From: Narcine bancroftii
Lineage: Eukaryota
Reading direction: 5' to 3'
Length of the DNA: 64,000 nucleotides
Assembly: GCF_036971445.1 (NCBI RefSeq)
Contig: NC_091471.1
Coordinates: 2,852,001 to 2,916,000 of the forward strand
Made by a program: the position numbers and the translations under genes. This document shows positions 39,240-52,172 of the stretch, in pieces; position 1 is the first letter of the stretch, and every line of letters starts with the position of its first letter. The notes under the pieces are model-generated. The model searched no databases. It saw only the letters and a list, made by a program, of their open reading frames with translations, and was not told where the DNA came from.

Positions 39240-40730
39240 TCTTTTCAATCTTTTTATTAAACATTCTAATCAGGATCTGAATTACAGGTAAGATGTACGG
39301 AAGGTGTATGGAACCTTGGTTTTCAAGAGATATCTGGTTAAGAAGAAGAAGAACGGGACCATTAGAGGGCGCACAAAATCAGTGAACCGGTGCGGACTCG
39401 AAAGGCCAACATGGCCTGTTTCCGCTCCGTAAATGGTTATATGGTTATATTACAAAGCAATACGTGAGGAGAATAAAATAGTAGAACAGAACCATCAGTC
39501 TATTGCAAAATGTAATTCAACAGAACATTAAAACAGAAAGTCAAGATAAAATTGGAATATTTGAAAAAAGAGAAAAAAAATTGTTATTAAAACCCCATCT
39601 AACCTTCCAAAATAAAGAAAAAACAGCAAAAAAAAAGGCTGGGCAGCCTAAACTGAGAATTCATTTCAACAGATCAATGCAAACTATTTATCTTGGCCAA
39701 TAAAAAAAAAACAACAAATCCAGAACATTCAGGAAGGTGAAGTCAAAATATAGATTAACTCTTGAAAATAGTTTATAAAAGGACGCCAAGTCTCTTCAAA
39801 CTTAACGGAGTTATCAAAAGTACAACTTCTAATTTTTTCAAAACTTGAACATGACATTACTTGAGAGAACCATTGCATCAAAGGAGGTGAATTAGGATCT
39901 TTCTGTCTAAATAGAATGGCTCTTCTGGCCAACAGTGGAGTAAAGGCCACAACCTGATATGTGGAGGTGGGAACTCGACCCACCACTGGAACTAGAATTC
40001 CAAAAACAGCAGTCAATGAATTAGGTTGCAATCTCATACCCAGTATAAAGGACAAAGTCTTGAAAATACCTGTCCAATACTTCGCCAATGCAGAGCAAGA
40101 CCAAAATATATGCGTTAGTGTCGCCACTTGTGATTTACATCGATCACACGGAGGACTAACATTAGAAAAGATACGAGCCAATTTATCTTCCAACATACGA
40201 ACCCGATGTATCACCTTAAACTGAATCAATGTGTGTTTGGCACATAATGACCATTCCAAAAATCTTTTCCCAAAGTTCCTCTAGGAGAAGTGACTGAATT
40301 TTCAATTCCCAAGCTCCTCTAATTTTATCATTCGAGATCGAGTGCAATTTTAATAAATTATTTCTAAATATTACCTATTAAACCCTATGGGAAGGATTCA
40401 AATGAAAAAGAGTATCAACCAAATCAGGCTGATATGATCTAGGAAAATTAGGTAATATCTTACTCAAAAAAACTTTTAATTTGGAAATATCTAAAAAAAA
40501 TGAGTTGGGTACATTACATTTGTTAGATATATCAAAAGACATCACACATTCATCTATAAACAGATTGGAAAGATAGACAATTCCTTAGCTTTTCCAAAAA
40601 GAAAAGACTTGATCCATTATAAATGATGAGAAAAAAATTGAGATAAATAGTACAAGATAAACTAAAATTTTTAAAATCAAAATATTTGCAAAATTGAAAC
40701 CGAATCTGTAATGTATGTTTAAGTATTAGG
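39240..40730 (-). mobile_element. L1/Tx1-like LINE 3' fragment
   Basis: ORF 39729-40259 has IQFKVIHR...CDRC...LTHIFWSC; a short CR1-type 3' end sits at ~39385-39450. Confidence 0.8.
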
Positions 40731-42839
40731 TTAAAGTTGTCCCTCGGGTTCCTTTTACATCTTTCCCCTCTCACCTTAACTCGGACTTCTACTCCATGCC
40801 CCTTGTAATTTTATAAACTGCTGTAATGCTGCCCCTTAGCCTTCTATGGCCCGGGCGAAAAGTCCCTGTTTCTGTGCAATATGACAAGCCAGAGAGCTAC
40901 AGGCTGAAAAGCCGAACAGCAGCGTTGGGAAAGTTACTCGAGATGTTTGAGGTACCAGATCTATATGCATTTGGAAAAGCAAGGACAGATTAGAAATAGT
41001 CGCCATGGTTAAGTGCTTGATAGAAGGTTGATGAGGCTCGACTAGTCCAGACTGTTAATTCGCACAAGGTCCATGTATACAAGATGTTGGTGGAACTTCC
41101 TCCTCTTGTCTACAGCTCTTGTTGCCTTGCTGAAGGATTTGTTTCTGTGCTAATGACTAATTTTTAATGCTACTGTGAAGTGCCTCAGGAGGCATTTAGC
41201 TTATGCAGAGAAGTATATGATCCAAATGTGGGCAAATTAGATGAATAAATAGGTTAAAAAGTTGGCACGGAAGTGGTAGGCCGTAGTAGGGCCAATTTCA
41301 GTGCTGTGTGACTATGGAGGGGAAATTAGTAGGGGGTTTGGCATAATTTCAAGATTCAATTTATTGTCATGTAATAAAAACAGTGCAATATTACACAAAA
41401 TTCACTTTAGTCTGCTTAAGACAACCTGAAGTGCCTCTTACAGTCAGAGAAAGAGAAGCAAAAGGGGCACCGAGTGACCATGATTCACCTCCAGTGTTTC
41501 CACATCCCCCACAGCCACAGAGTCCAGTCCAAACCTGAGTTTCGAACCTCTGACACGATCGGGAACCCTTCAGTACCCTTGGCACCCTCTCACATCCCAG
41601 TTCCGATACCAGGTGTCACTTCAGCCAGTCTCCAGCAGTCCACTGCCTGCTGTGAATCCCTTAGCTGCATTCGCCTGCAGCCTATGTGTTTCTTCAATCT
41701 TAGAGTCCCTCACCGGTCCTCCACCACAGTCACCATCCCATGGGGTTGTCTCTTCTGCTTCTCAAACAGGAGTGGTCTCCTTGTTTTCGGATGCCCCATG
41801 CCAGTCCTCCAATTCTCGGAATCTGCAGCCCCTCGTGGCTACTGCCAATCATAGACGACGTTATCTTGGCTACAGACCCTGTGGTTGCTGTATTTTTAAA
41901 TAAAACTACCTTTGACTCCATTTATAGGCCATTTAAAGCCTGTTTCAAGCTGATGGTAGTCAGACTGCAGATGGACCCCACAGGGGTGCTGTGTTCTCAG
42001 CTTTCCACACCAGTGACATCGTTACCATTACTCGTGGCCACATCCTGTAAGGAATCATGGAAGACAAACTGCAGATGCTGGAATCTAAAACAAAATTTAA
42101 AATGATTGAACTCAGCCAGTTAGATAGTTCTGTATCTGGGAAGACAAAATGGTTTATGTTTAAGGTCAGAGACCTTTCACCAAAATGGATTCTTTGACCA
42201 GAAACATTTAGGTTTTTTTCTAAAGTTGCTTAATGACTGGCTGAGTTCTTCCTGCATTTCTGTTTTTGTATAGAAAGGTGTTTGTAACTAGAACAAATTA
42301 GTCTTTTATTACAAACTCAAATTTGTTAATATTAATGAGCTTAATACTAATCTTCCACAAATCTCATGTACTGTGATTCTTGTTCCCCAAGTATCATATG
42401 AATATATTCCTAACAGCAGATTCCAACATTTTCCATAATCCTGATCAGGCCAGCTATTCTGAAAAATTCTACCCCTCTCGTTAGGAGCCATCTAAAATGA
42501 AGAAACTGAGTGAGGATGATTGAAATCCATTGTAAGAAGATGGCCATTGCTTGGCATTTGTGTAGCATAAATAGTAGTCATGTCTAAATATTTGCTTGGA
42601 CCTTGTTTTTCTTTGTATCTTTGTACATTTGGCCACAGATGGTTTCATTATCTGAGGAGTCGCAAATGGAATTGAGAGCTTTGTAATAGCCATTCAACCT
42701 CACCAGATACAAGAACACGTGGAAAGTCAGTTATGAAGGAGCTGACGTGAGTGAGAATAGAACTTTGAGGAGCTTCAGCATTGATCGCCAGGAATGTTCA
42801 TGTTTAAACTTCGACAAACACAATAATCTTTCTGCACTG

Positions 42840-43330
42840 TGTGAAACCATCTCGTGGAGTTACTCTTTGATACCAAGACCAAGGAGGTGATTATTGATGT
42901 TTGGCAGGAGAGGCTGAGGGAGGGAGGTGGAGAGTGTCTGAACCTTCAAATTCCTGGGAGTCCACATATTGGAAGAGCTTTCCTAGAACCAGCACATCAA
43001 GGCAACCGTGATGAAGGCACATCGACGCCTTGATTTTCTACAGTTTCTGAGGAGATTTGGTGTGTTGTCGGATGTTCTTGTCAAACTTCTGTTGAAAATA
43101 TCCTGCTTCATTGCATCACAAGCTGGTTTGGTAATTCGACTGCCCAGGAATGCAGATGGCTACAGAAGGTAGTAGATAATAGTCAGATGTTATTCCAGGC
43201 TCTGATCTCCCATCCGTTGCAGACATCTACATGAGATGCTGCCTCAAGATGGAAGCCAACATTATAAAAGACCCCCCCCCCCCATCACCCTGGTTACAAC
43301 TGCTCCCTTCAGGCAGAAGGAAGAGAAATT
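42840..43330 (+). mobile_element. Rex1/Babar-like LINE fragment
   Basis: KTKEVIID...FKFLGVHI...LRRFG motifs. Confidence 0.65.
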
Positions 43331-43819
43331 TGTGTATTCATTGTTTCTTTTATTTTCATACAATTAGTTTATTGTTATAATTTTTCCTTTCAAGTACATG
43401 TTCACCTGCAGCAAATAAAAGCTTAGGTGCATAAGTACATTCATTGTACAATGCGTATATCAATAACCTCATCATAATGAATTAATTTATTAAAGTCCTT
43501 CAAATGCTATGATAGGTTAAATCATTACTACCTCTAAAATTCAGCTTATCTATATTATGAACCAAACTATAATGAAGCAGGTAATATTATCCTTTAAAAC
43601 CTTAACTGAACTTTAGTGGACATGTAATGTGTCTGTAATTCCTGATTATTGAGAGTAAACTGATGGGGTAATGCAATTGGACTTTTGGTACTTTTTGTGA
43701 CTGTGGGAACTTCTCTGCAACGTTTAGAAGATAGAAGTGTTCTATCTGCATTTGTGGATCAATGTGTATAAAAGTCCTCAGCATTAGAGATTAATGGTCC
43801 TCCTTGCTGACAGTGAACA

Positions 43820-44660
43820 CAGGCACACCTCAAGGATGCATGATAAACTCACCACTCTACTCTCTCAACTCCCTCCTCAAATTTGCCGCTGATACTACAG
43901 TTGTTGGCAAAATCACGGATGGCGATTAGGAAACGTGCAGGAATGAGATAGATCAGCTGGTGTCACACCAACAACCTTGCACTCAACGTTAGCAAAACTG
44001 AGGAGTTGATTGTGGACTTCAGGAAGGGAAAGCCAAGGGAACACAAACTAGTCCTCATCAAGGGGTCAGAAGTGGAGAGGGTAAAGAACTTTAAATTCCT
44101 ATGTGTCAGAATTTCTGTTGAAGATCTATCCTGGGGTCATGTCAATGCAAACAGGAAGAGGCTATATTCTGTTAGGAGTTTGAGGAGATTTGGTATGTCA
44201 CCGAAGAGTCTTGCAAATTTAGTTGCATTACTGTTGGTATGGAGGTCCCAATGTACAGAACAAGAACAGGAAAAAAACTACATAGAGCTGTGAACTCGGC
44301 CAGGGCAATAATCTTCGCTTCATTAAGGTCATCTACAAGAGGCGGTGTCTCAAGAAAGAGGCTTTTATCATCAAGGATCCTCACCACCCAAGTCATGCCC
44401 CTTCACACTGCTACCATCAGCAAGGAGGTACAGGAGCCTGAAGATGAATGCCCAACATTACAAAAACAGCTTTTTCCTCCTCACCATCAGATTTCTGAAT
44501 GGACAATGAAGCAGAGACACTACCTCACTTTTTTCTCATTTAAAAAAAAATATTTATGGACCTAATTTTTAGCAATTTTGCATGTGTCGTGCCAAATACT
44601 GCTGCCACAAAACAACAAATTTTGTGTCCTATGTTCATGATGCCACACCATATTCTGATT
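43820..44660 (+). mobile_element. Rex1/Babar-like LINE fragment
   Basis: KFAADTTVVG, NNLALNVSKTEELIVDFRK and VERVKNFKFL motifs. Confidence 0.8.
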
Positions 44661-45774
44661 AATCTGGGCACACTCAGCTACTTGATGTCATGGGGAGAGA
44701 ATCAGGGAGGCCAATTTCTTGGTGAGAATTGTTTATTTGGTATTTCTAGCAGAAAATGGCAGCACATTTCAGCGTGGTGGTTGTGCAAGAAACTTTGTCT
44801 CCACTGTGTTCTTTTGTGAATGGAAGACTTGGAAAATCTTCATTTTTAGAAATGAAAAGCAACAGAGTTGGATAGTTTGGAGTTTATAAACGAGAATCAA
44901 TAATGGCTGGACTAACCAGATGGAATTGTACATTGAGGAACAAAGTTGATAAAAGAGATTGTGATCAATGTTTATATGGAAACCATTTATGGCAGAAAAA
45001 TGCAGAAGAATGTAAACAATTTATCAGAATGGAAGATGTTAAATATTTTTCCGACATCATTTCAAAATTTATGTCTGACCCAATGCTAGGAAGAATGATA
45101 CAGTGAGGAAGTTGATAATAGATGGCAAAAGAACAAGATTTGGACAAATAGGGAATACATTTAATATCCAGAAGTGGGAAATGATGCATGAGATACCATA
45201 GAGACGTAATTACACCGTTCTCATTATAAAGATACAAATGAGGACCCATTTTGGAACCTGAAACAAAAAATCTGGAAGATCATAGCAGAACGTGCTTAAC
45301 CCGCTGAGTTCTTCCAGTATTCTATTTTTTAAAGAGAACATGGGTGTTTATATCTGTAAATTGCTGAAAATGAGACTTTGAGTGGTTTTGAGTGGTTACT
45401 GAAACACACCATCCTGAGATTTATTAATAGAGGGACAAAAAGGGAAGTTATTTTCAGCCAGTATAAGATACTGGTGAGATCACAACTGGAATGAAGGCTC
45501 CAGAGATGGCAAGGAAAAGATTTACTTGAATGGGTTCCTGTGGTGAGAAATTTCAGCCATGACTGGAGAAACATACTGTGAAGAAGATTTGATAAATGTG
45601 TCCAAGCTCATAACTGCTTTTGATAGGTTAACAGTGGGGGTGCTGTTCCCATTAGACGGTAGAAAGACGTGAGGGGCGGAAAATGACTGTAATTTTGAAT
45701 TTATTGTCTCTCAGAGTGGTGCAAACTGATCAATTCTGTTAAAGGGGAAGAGAATAGGGTACACGGGAGAGAAT

Positions 45775-45962
45775 ATTGGTGACACGGTGTTATAGCACCA
45801 GTAACCTGGGTTTGAATCCTGCACTCTCCCCTTGCCTGTGTGGGTTTCTTCTGGGTTCTCCGGTCTCCTCCCATGTCCCAGAGATGTATGGGGGTTGTAG
45901 ATTAATTGGACTATTGGGGAGTCATGGGCCAGAGGGCCTTTTACCATGCTGTACGTCTAAAT
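45775..45962 (+). mobile_element. V-SINE-like SINE, decayed
   Basis: B-box-like GGTTTGAATCC and core GTGGGTTTCTTCTGGGTTCTCCGGTCTCCTCCCA. Confidence 0.6.
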
Positions 45963-45964
45963 TA

Positions 45965-46795
45965 AAAATAAGAAATAGGAGCAGCAGGCGGCCATCAAGC
46001 CCATTGAGCCTGTTCTGCCAAACTATGATGGGCGGCTCATTTCCATTCACCTTTCTTTTCTCCAGAATCCTTTAATTCCTCTACTACGTAAACAAAAATC
46101 CAACCTTCTCTTAAATATATTGCTGCCCACTCCTTTAATGGGCAGCAAATTACATCAATTCACCACTTTCTGGTGCATTTCCTCCTCATCTCTGCCTTAA
46201 ATCTGCCACCTGAATTTTGGTGCTATATCCGCCTAGTCCTAGTCTCCCCCACCAATGGAAACAACTTGCCTCCCTCTGTCTTAACTATACCTTTCATAAT
46301 TTTATGTTTCTATAAGATCCCCTTTCATTCTTCTAAATTCCTGTGATTTGGGTCCCAGGCGACTCAATCTCTTCTCATAGACTAACCCCTTACTCTGGAA
46401 TCAACCTGGTGAACATCCTCTGGACTGCCTCCAAAGCTAGGTCATCGTTCCTCAAGTAAGGAGACCAGAATTGTACGCTTTACTCCAGATGTGGCCTCGC
46501 TAGGACCTTGTACAGTTGCAGCATAACTTCCCTGTTCCTAAATTCAATCCCTCTAGTAATGAAGGCTACATTACATTTTTGAAAGCCTGCTGTACCTGCA
46601 AACCAACCTTTTGTGATTCATGCACAACCTCCAAGTCTTGCGTAACAGTACGCTGCAATCACTTACCATTTAAATAATAATGTGATCTTCCATTTTTCTT
46701 TCCACGTGGATAGTCTCACATTTCCCAACGTTCTCCTTCCATCTGCCATTCACTTTATGTATCTATTTCTCTGCAGACTCTTCGTATTCTCTGAA
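45965..46795 (-). mobile_element. CR1-clade LINE 3' fragment
   Basis: Reverse complement of the CR1 RT C-terminus and 3' UTR (AGAAATAGGAGCAG...CCATCAAGCCC). Confidence 0.75.
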
Positions 46796-47539
46796 TAATT
46801 AATAATTTGTAGAGCTATAGGAAAATTAGAGGAATGTATCTCATGGGATTTTTTTTTCCAAGTAATATAAAAACTTTAATTAGCTTCCCAATGTTCGGAC
46901 ACTTGCCTACATTTTGCTCATACCTTGATGAACCGCTCAAGCCTGAAACATTGGTTATGTATCTTTATCTTGGTTATATAAAGTACACTATTTAACTTGC
47001 TGAGTTTCACTAGCTTTGTATTTTTATGGTCTATCTAAACAGAGTTTTATAGAGCTGCATTGTTATCTCACGGGTCCTGAGCACATTGCATCACATTGCC
47101 TTGAACAATTTTAAAGATCCAGATTCAAGATTTCTTTTATTATGTAATAGTACAGAACGTGTAATATTACAGGAGGTAGCCTCTGCCTGCCGCAAGGGTC
47201 GCTATTCGTGTCGCTTGGCGCCCCTGACAGTATGAGAGAAAGAGAAGCAAAAGTCCTTTCAGAATCACTGAGTGTCCACGGATTCGCCTCCAGTTCTCCT
47301 GCAGCCGCACAGACTCCTGTTCGATCCGTCGGCAACGTGAGCTCCAGATCCAAATCTCCGACGCCAAATATTTCATAGTTGTTCCAAAGCCCAGCCTCGC
47401 GACCCTCCTTTATTTTGAGGATTGGAACAGTACAGCATTCACAAGTGCACACAGTGATGTCTGATAATCAGCTTTACAGCTTTAAGTAGGGTGTTCTGTT
47501 CAATGATTTGTTTAATACAACATTTTTGATCACCACACA

Positions 47540-47910
47540 ATATTCGCCCATGTTTTACCGAAGATTTACCTTTATTGGGAATGGTTTAAAGGGCTACAGG
47601 ACAGCAATTAAGTTTGTTGGGGCACAGTTTCGGACATCTGAGCTGATTGATGGGAGGAGGGAGAGTAGAATATGTCCAAAGTTGGGTGGGTCCTTCAGTA
47701 TGTTAGCTTGTTTTCCAAGGCAGCGAGAGATGTAGATGGAGTTCATGGAGGCAAGGGAAGTTTGTGATGTTCTGAGCTGCATACACCTTCTGTGTCTTCT
47801 TCCAATCTTGAGTAGAGCAGCTCCTGTACAATACTATGATGTCTCCAGCAAGTATGCCTTCAATGGTGCACCTGTAGATGTTGAGTGACATAATTCCTGA
47901 GAATTCCTTT
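47540..47910 (-). mobile_element. Rex1/Babar-like LINE fragment
   Basis: YRCTIEGIL, SIYISRCLGKQANILKDP. Confidence 0.65.
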
Positions 47911-48187
47911 GGAATGTACCTCCCCACGGTATTACATCTAGTATTATCTTGCATACCGGTCTGAGCGCTTCACAAATTTCGTAATGTTGTCCATTTTAGT
48001 TGGGCATTTACACATTTCATCAGTTTATGGATGTCCTGAATTAACTGTTTTTGTTTTATTTTATAACTTACAAAAATAGCTTTTTAAAAGCTGTCAAACA
48101 TATATGTCTTGATCACTGGCTTTAAAACCCTTTGCTGCGAATATTTCCTGAAACGTAAAAATCTAATATTTGTGTTTTAACTTTCAG

Positions 48188-49535
48188 CTTTGCGTTATTC
48201 TTGGAAAATTGTGCTCCAGCAGTGAATTCATTGAACCTCGGCATTACCAGTCCGCTTCTGTTAGGCTCAGCAAATTTGCAGCTCGCCCAGATAAAAGCCC
48301 AGCTAGCTCTCCAGCAGCTGAATTCTGTCGCCTCTTCAACTGTATCGAACACAGCCCTTGCGTCTCTGAACCAAGCTCTCGTGAAGATCAACATGTCCAT
48401 GTTCAATGCCAGAGGGGCATTTGGCCAGAGTCGGGGCCCTCCCAACCAGTATGGGCAAAGTCAGGGCCCTCCCAACCAGTATGGGCAAAGTCAGGGCCCT
48501 GTAAATCAGTACGGGCTAAGTCAGGGCCCTGCCAACCAGTATGGGCAAAGTCAGGGCCCTCCCAGTCAGTATGGGCAAAGTCAGGGCCCTCCCAGCCAGT
48601 ATGGGCAAAGTCAGTGCCCTCCCAGCCAGTTTGGACAAAGTCAGGGCCCTCCCAGCCAGTTTGGACAAAGTCAGGGCCCTCCCAGCCACTTTGGGAAGAC
48701 TCAAGTTCCACCTAACCAGTTCCAGAATCAAGGACCTCCTAACCAGTTTGCCATGAACACTCCAGGACCCTATATGGGAGGAGGAGTCGGAGGTACAGGA
48801 AGAGGAATGGGAATGGGAGCTCAAGGAACATCACAAGGCAACTTTGGAATGGGCATGGGAATGATGAATCAACCTGGAAGTAATGTAGGCTTAGGTCAGT
48901 GGTCCTCCTATCAAAGTCCTTCATCTGGAGGTTATCGGCCTGGATATGGGAACACTGCGACCCCTTCATCTCAAAGTGGAGAACAGAGATCTGCAGTTCA
49001 GCTTTTTCATGACACAATGAAGGCTACCAACATCCTTGCAAACTTTGGCCTGTCTAACGAAGACCTAGAAGAGCTTAGTCGCTACCCAGATGAGAAGCTT
49101 ACTCCAGAAAACATGCCCTACATTTTAAGAGAAATTAGAATGCGCAAGATGAATAAGCAGCAGGCGTCCAGCAGTTATGATCAAGCACACAAGCTGCAGG
49201 ATAAAGACTACAGAAGAGAAGTGCAGAGCAGTGTGGTGGATTACGGGCACGGTCAGCAATACGACTATCGGGATAGACCCATGGAGAACCAGAGCATGCA
49301 TTACAGCCGCGAAACACTGAGAGAAGGGACCTGGAAAGAAGATTTCAAGCGCCCTCCTCAGAATTATCCCTTGGAATCTTCACGAGATGAGAGTACGCAT
49401 ACAATCAAGCGAACAGTTCAAGTGGTGAAGAAGGGATTGCCAAAGCCCAAGCTGATGAATGATTACTATGGCGTCCCCGCACTGAGGTTCCCCCACGTGT
49501 GCAGTTTGTGTAACATAGAATGTAGACAAATGAGG
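48188..49535 (+). CDS. ZNF638: ZNF638/NP220-like exon 2: Leu-rich extension, first AUG at 48393 (MSMFNARG), Q/G/P repeats, Matrin-type N-terminal motif, first half of zinc finger
   Basis: Acceptor TTTTAACTTTCAG|; donor AGG|GTGAGT (phase 0). NILANFGLSNEDLEELSRYPDEKLTPENMPYILREIRMRKM, SSVVDYGH and LMNDYYG...FPHVCSLCNIEC match recalled ZNF638 sequence better than MATR3. Confidence 0.9.
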
Positions 49536-51462
49536 GTGAGTGTTCGTTACATAGTTCGCCTTTATTTATGATTTGCTTCCTGAACAGGCATAATGTTTGT
49601 TGGCCTCAACCTTCTGTAGTATGCCTGTAAAGTTACAGTGGACTGGATAGCAGTCCTATGGTAAGTTATGTTGGCACTTTCTACTGGGCAGGTATGCTTT
49701 CAGGGCATTGGCTAAAGATCTCCATTGATGTGGAGGAGAACTTAATGCCATAATGCTATCTAAAGTCTGACACCTCGTTGTTAACCTGAATAAATATTTC
49801 AGTACTTCACTCTCCCTCGCTCTTTCTTAATTAAACCAATATAAATATTTCTGGGGAAAATCTCCGGTCAATCCTTCTGTAGATCTGCCACCAGTTTAGT
49901 CTGGTGCCTCATGCTTGTATTAGAATTGTGTTGAGGTGATTGCAGGTCAATGGGGTTAACAATCGAACACAGTTCTGGGCGAGGGGAGGCTGGTAAAAAG
50001 GACGATGAGACACTGGGAACCTAGTTTTATTAGAGAGGGGCTTCGCAGCAGGAGTGAACTGCAAGTAAATTGTGTAAATTTCTAGAAAATCCTTAAACCA
50101 TAAAACATCTCTGTGGATAGAATGAATAAACATTTCAGACATGTATTTTCGCCTTGGGTTTAGGCAGTGGTCTCCCAGAAGCAAGAATTTTGATGTATGC
50201 AGAGTTGTAGATTTAGTCAATTGGACTTTCTCAGACACAGTTCAAGATGGAGCAAACTCATACTGTCATCAATGCCAGTTCTGCATTTGTATCGCAGTCG
50301 ATTGTTTCTCATCTGTTCTCAAGATGGCAAAGTACATGTTGAGTGAGCAGACATTTTCAACAACCTCACGACAGGTGTTTAAAAATACTCCCCTATTCTT
50401 TCCACACAAGGCCCGCTTGACTGCAATAGAATTTTAGACTGCAGTTGGTCATTTTGATCCTTTTCAATTATTGTGGGTCAATTTTTTGACTGGTGCATTA
50501 CATTGAGGATTTGATGGGTGTTAAATACCACCCAGTCTCCTTTTTGTTTGGTCTCTTCGTATATCACTATGATAAGCCTGGGTGCTCGTTTTGGAGAATC
50601 AAAGAAGGTTAATGTTTCTGGATGACTTGCTCTCCTTTGCTAAACGCAAGCTTTATTTCTGGGTTCTCCAGCTCCTCCATTGTGCGGAAAAGTATTGCAT
50701 ATCCTTACCCGGTTCTACTCCTCGGAGACTTGAAGAGAGTTTATCAACCACTGAATTGACCCCGTTGTTTTCCATTCACAACTTTAGGAAGGGGTAAAAC
50801 ATCCTAAAAATGCACAAATTGCGGAAATTAGATAAAATTGGATCGATAGATAATCGAGCTCTTTATCAAGACCCATTGAAATGAGCCCTGAGTTACTTGG
50901 AGATGAAAGGTTATGGGCTCTGCTGGGTAATGGAATTAATATGGAAGAGTGTCAGCTGATCAATGAGGATGAGTTGGCCTATTAAAATACAATACAATTT
51001 TCTGATTTTATCTTCAGCCGAAAGATGGCACCGGTTTAAGGAGGTCAGTCGATATCATGGGTGGTTGGGGATGACAACCAGATTCTGAAAATGAATCGTG
51101 GAGATGGAACCTGCCAACTCGCTGACTGGAAGAAAACTCAGAACTAGATTGTAAAGCCTCCAAAAGGTTAATTGCAATAAAAGAGCAATTAAAATATATA
51201 CAGCAAATGAAGCCACTATTATGTTGAAGTAGTTTTGTCAAAGCAGCCAATAATGCTCCCAACTTCCAAGATAATATGTTAAATCTAACAATGTAGGCTT
51301 GGATATTCCACAGATCTGATGGCTTTGTGGACCTTTGAAGCCACCATTGTATCTCTTGTTGCCTGGACATATTTAGCATTGGATATATTTGGGTTGTGAC
51401 TCAGCTCCAACCATCCAAGAGACAGATTGCAAGTCAGAAGAAGGAATAGAAATGTCTGAGAA

Positions 51463-52172
51463 GATGATCGTTGAGCACTGGACTCCCGAGATGTGATGAC
51501 CGTTGAGCACTGGACTCCCGAGATGTGATGACCGTTGAGCACTGGACTCCCGAGATGTGATGACCGTTGAGCACTGGACTCCCGAGATGTGAGGATTGTT
51601 GAGCACTGGACTCCCGAGATGTGAGGATCGTTGAACACTTGATGTGAGGATCGTTGAACACTGGACTCCTGAGATGTGATGTTCGTTGAGCACTAGACTC
51701 CCGAGATGTGAGGATCGTTGAGCACTGGACTCCCGAGATGTGAGGATCGTTGAGCACTGGACTCCCGAGATGTGAGGATCGTTGAGCACTGGACTCCCGA
51801 GATGTGAGGATCGTTGAGCACTGGACTCCCGAGATGTGAGGATCGTTGAGCACTGGACTCCCGAGATGTGAGGATCGTTGAGCACTGGACTCCCGAGATG
51901 TGAGGATCGTTGAGCACTGGACTCCCGAGATGTGAGGATCGTTGAGCACTGGACTCCCGAGATGTGAGGATCGTTGAGCACTGGACTCCCGAGATGTGAG
52001 GATCGTTGAGCACTGGACTCCCGAGATGTGAGGATCGTTGAGCACTGGACTCCCGAGATGTGAGGATCGTTGAGCACTGGACTCCCGAGATGTGAGGATC
52101 GTTGAGCACTGGACTCCCGAGATGTGAGGATCGTTGTGCACTGGACTCCCGAGATATGAGGATCGTTGAGCA
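51463..52172. repeat. 32-bp minisatellite GATGTGAGGATCGTTGAGCACTGGACTCCCGA (~22 copies)
   Basis: Directly visible with a period of 32. Confidence 0.97.

Noticed and set aside
48201-49571. Calling the gene MATR3 or RBM20, or treating the 456-aa ORF as single-exon
   Set aside because: The GLSNEDLEELSRYPDE.LTPENMP.ILR.IRMRKM motif, the RS block before RRM1 and the TEED-type RRM fit recalled ZNF638 best. The ORF tail after 49535 is intron read-through.
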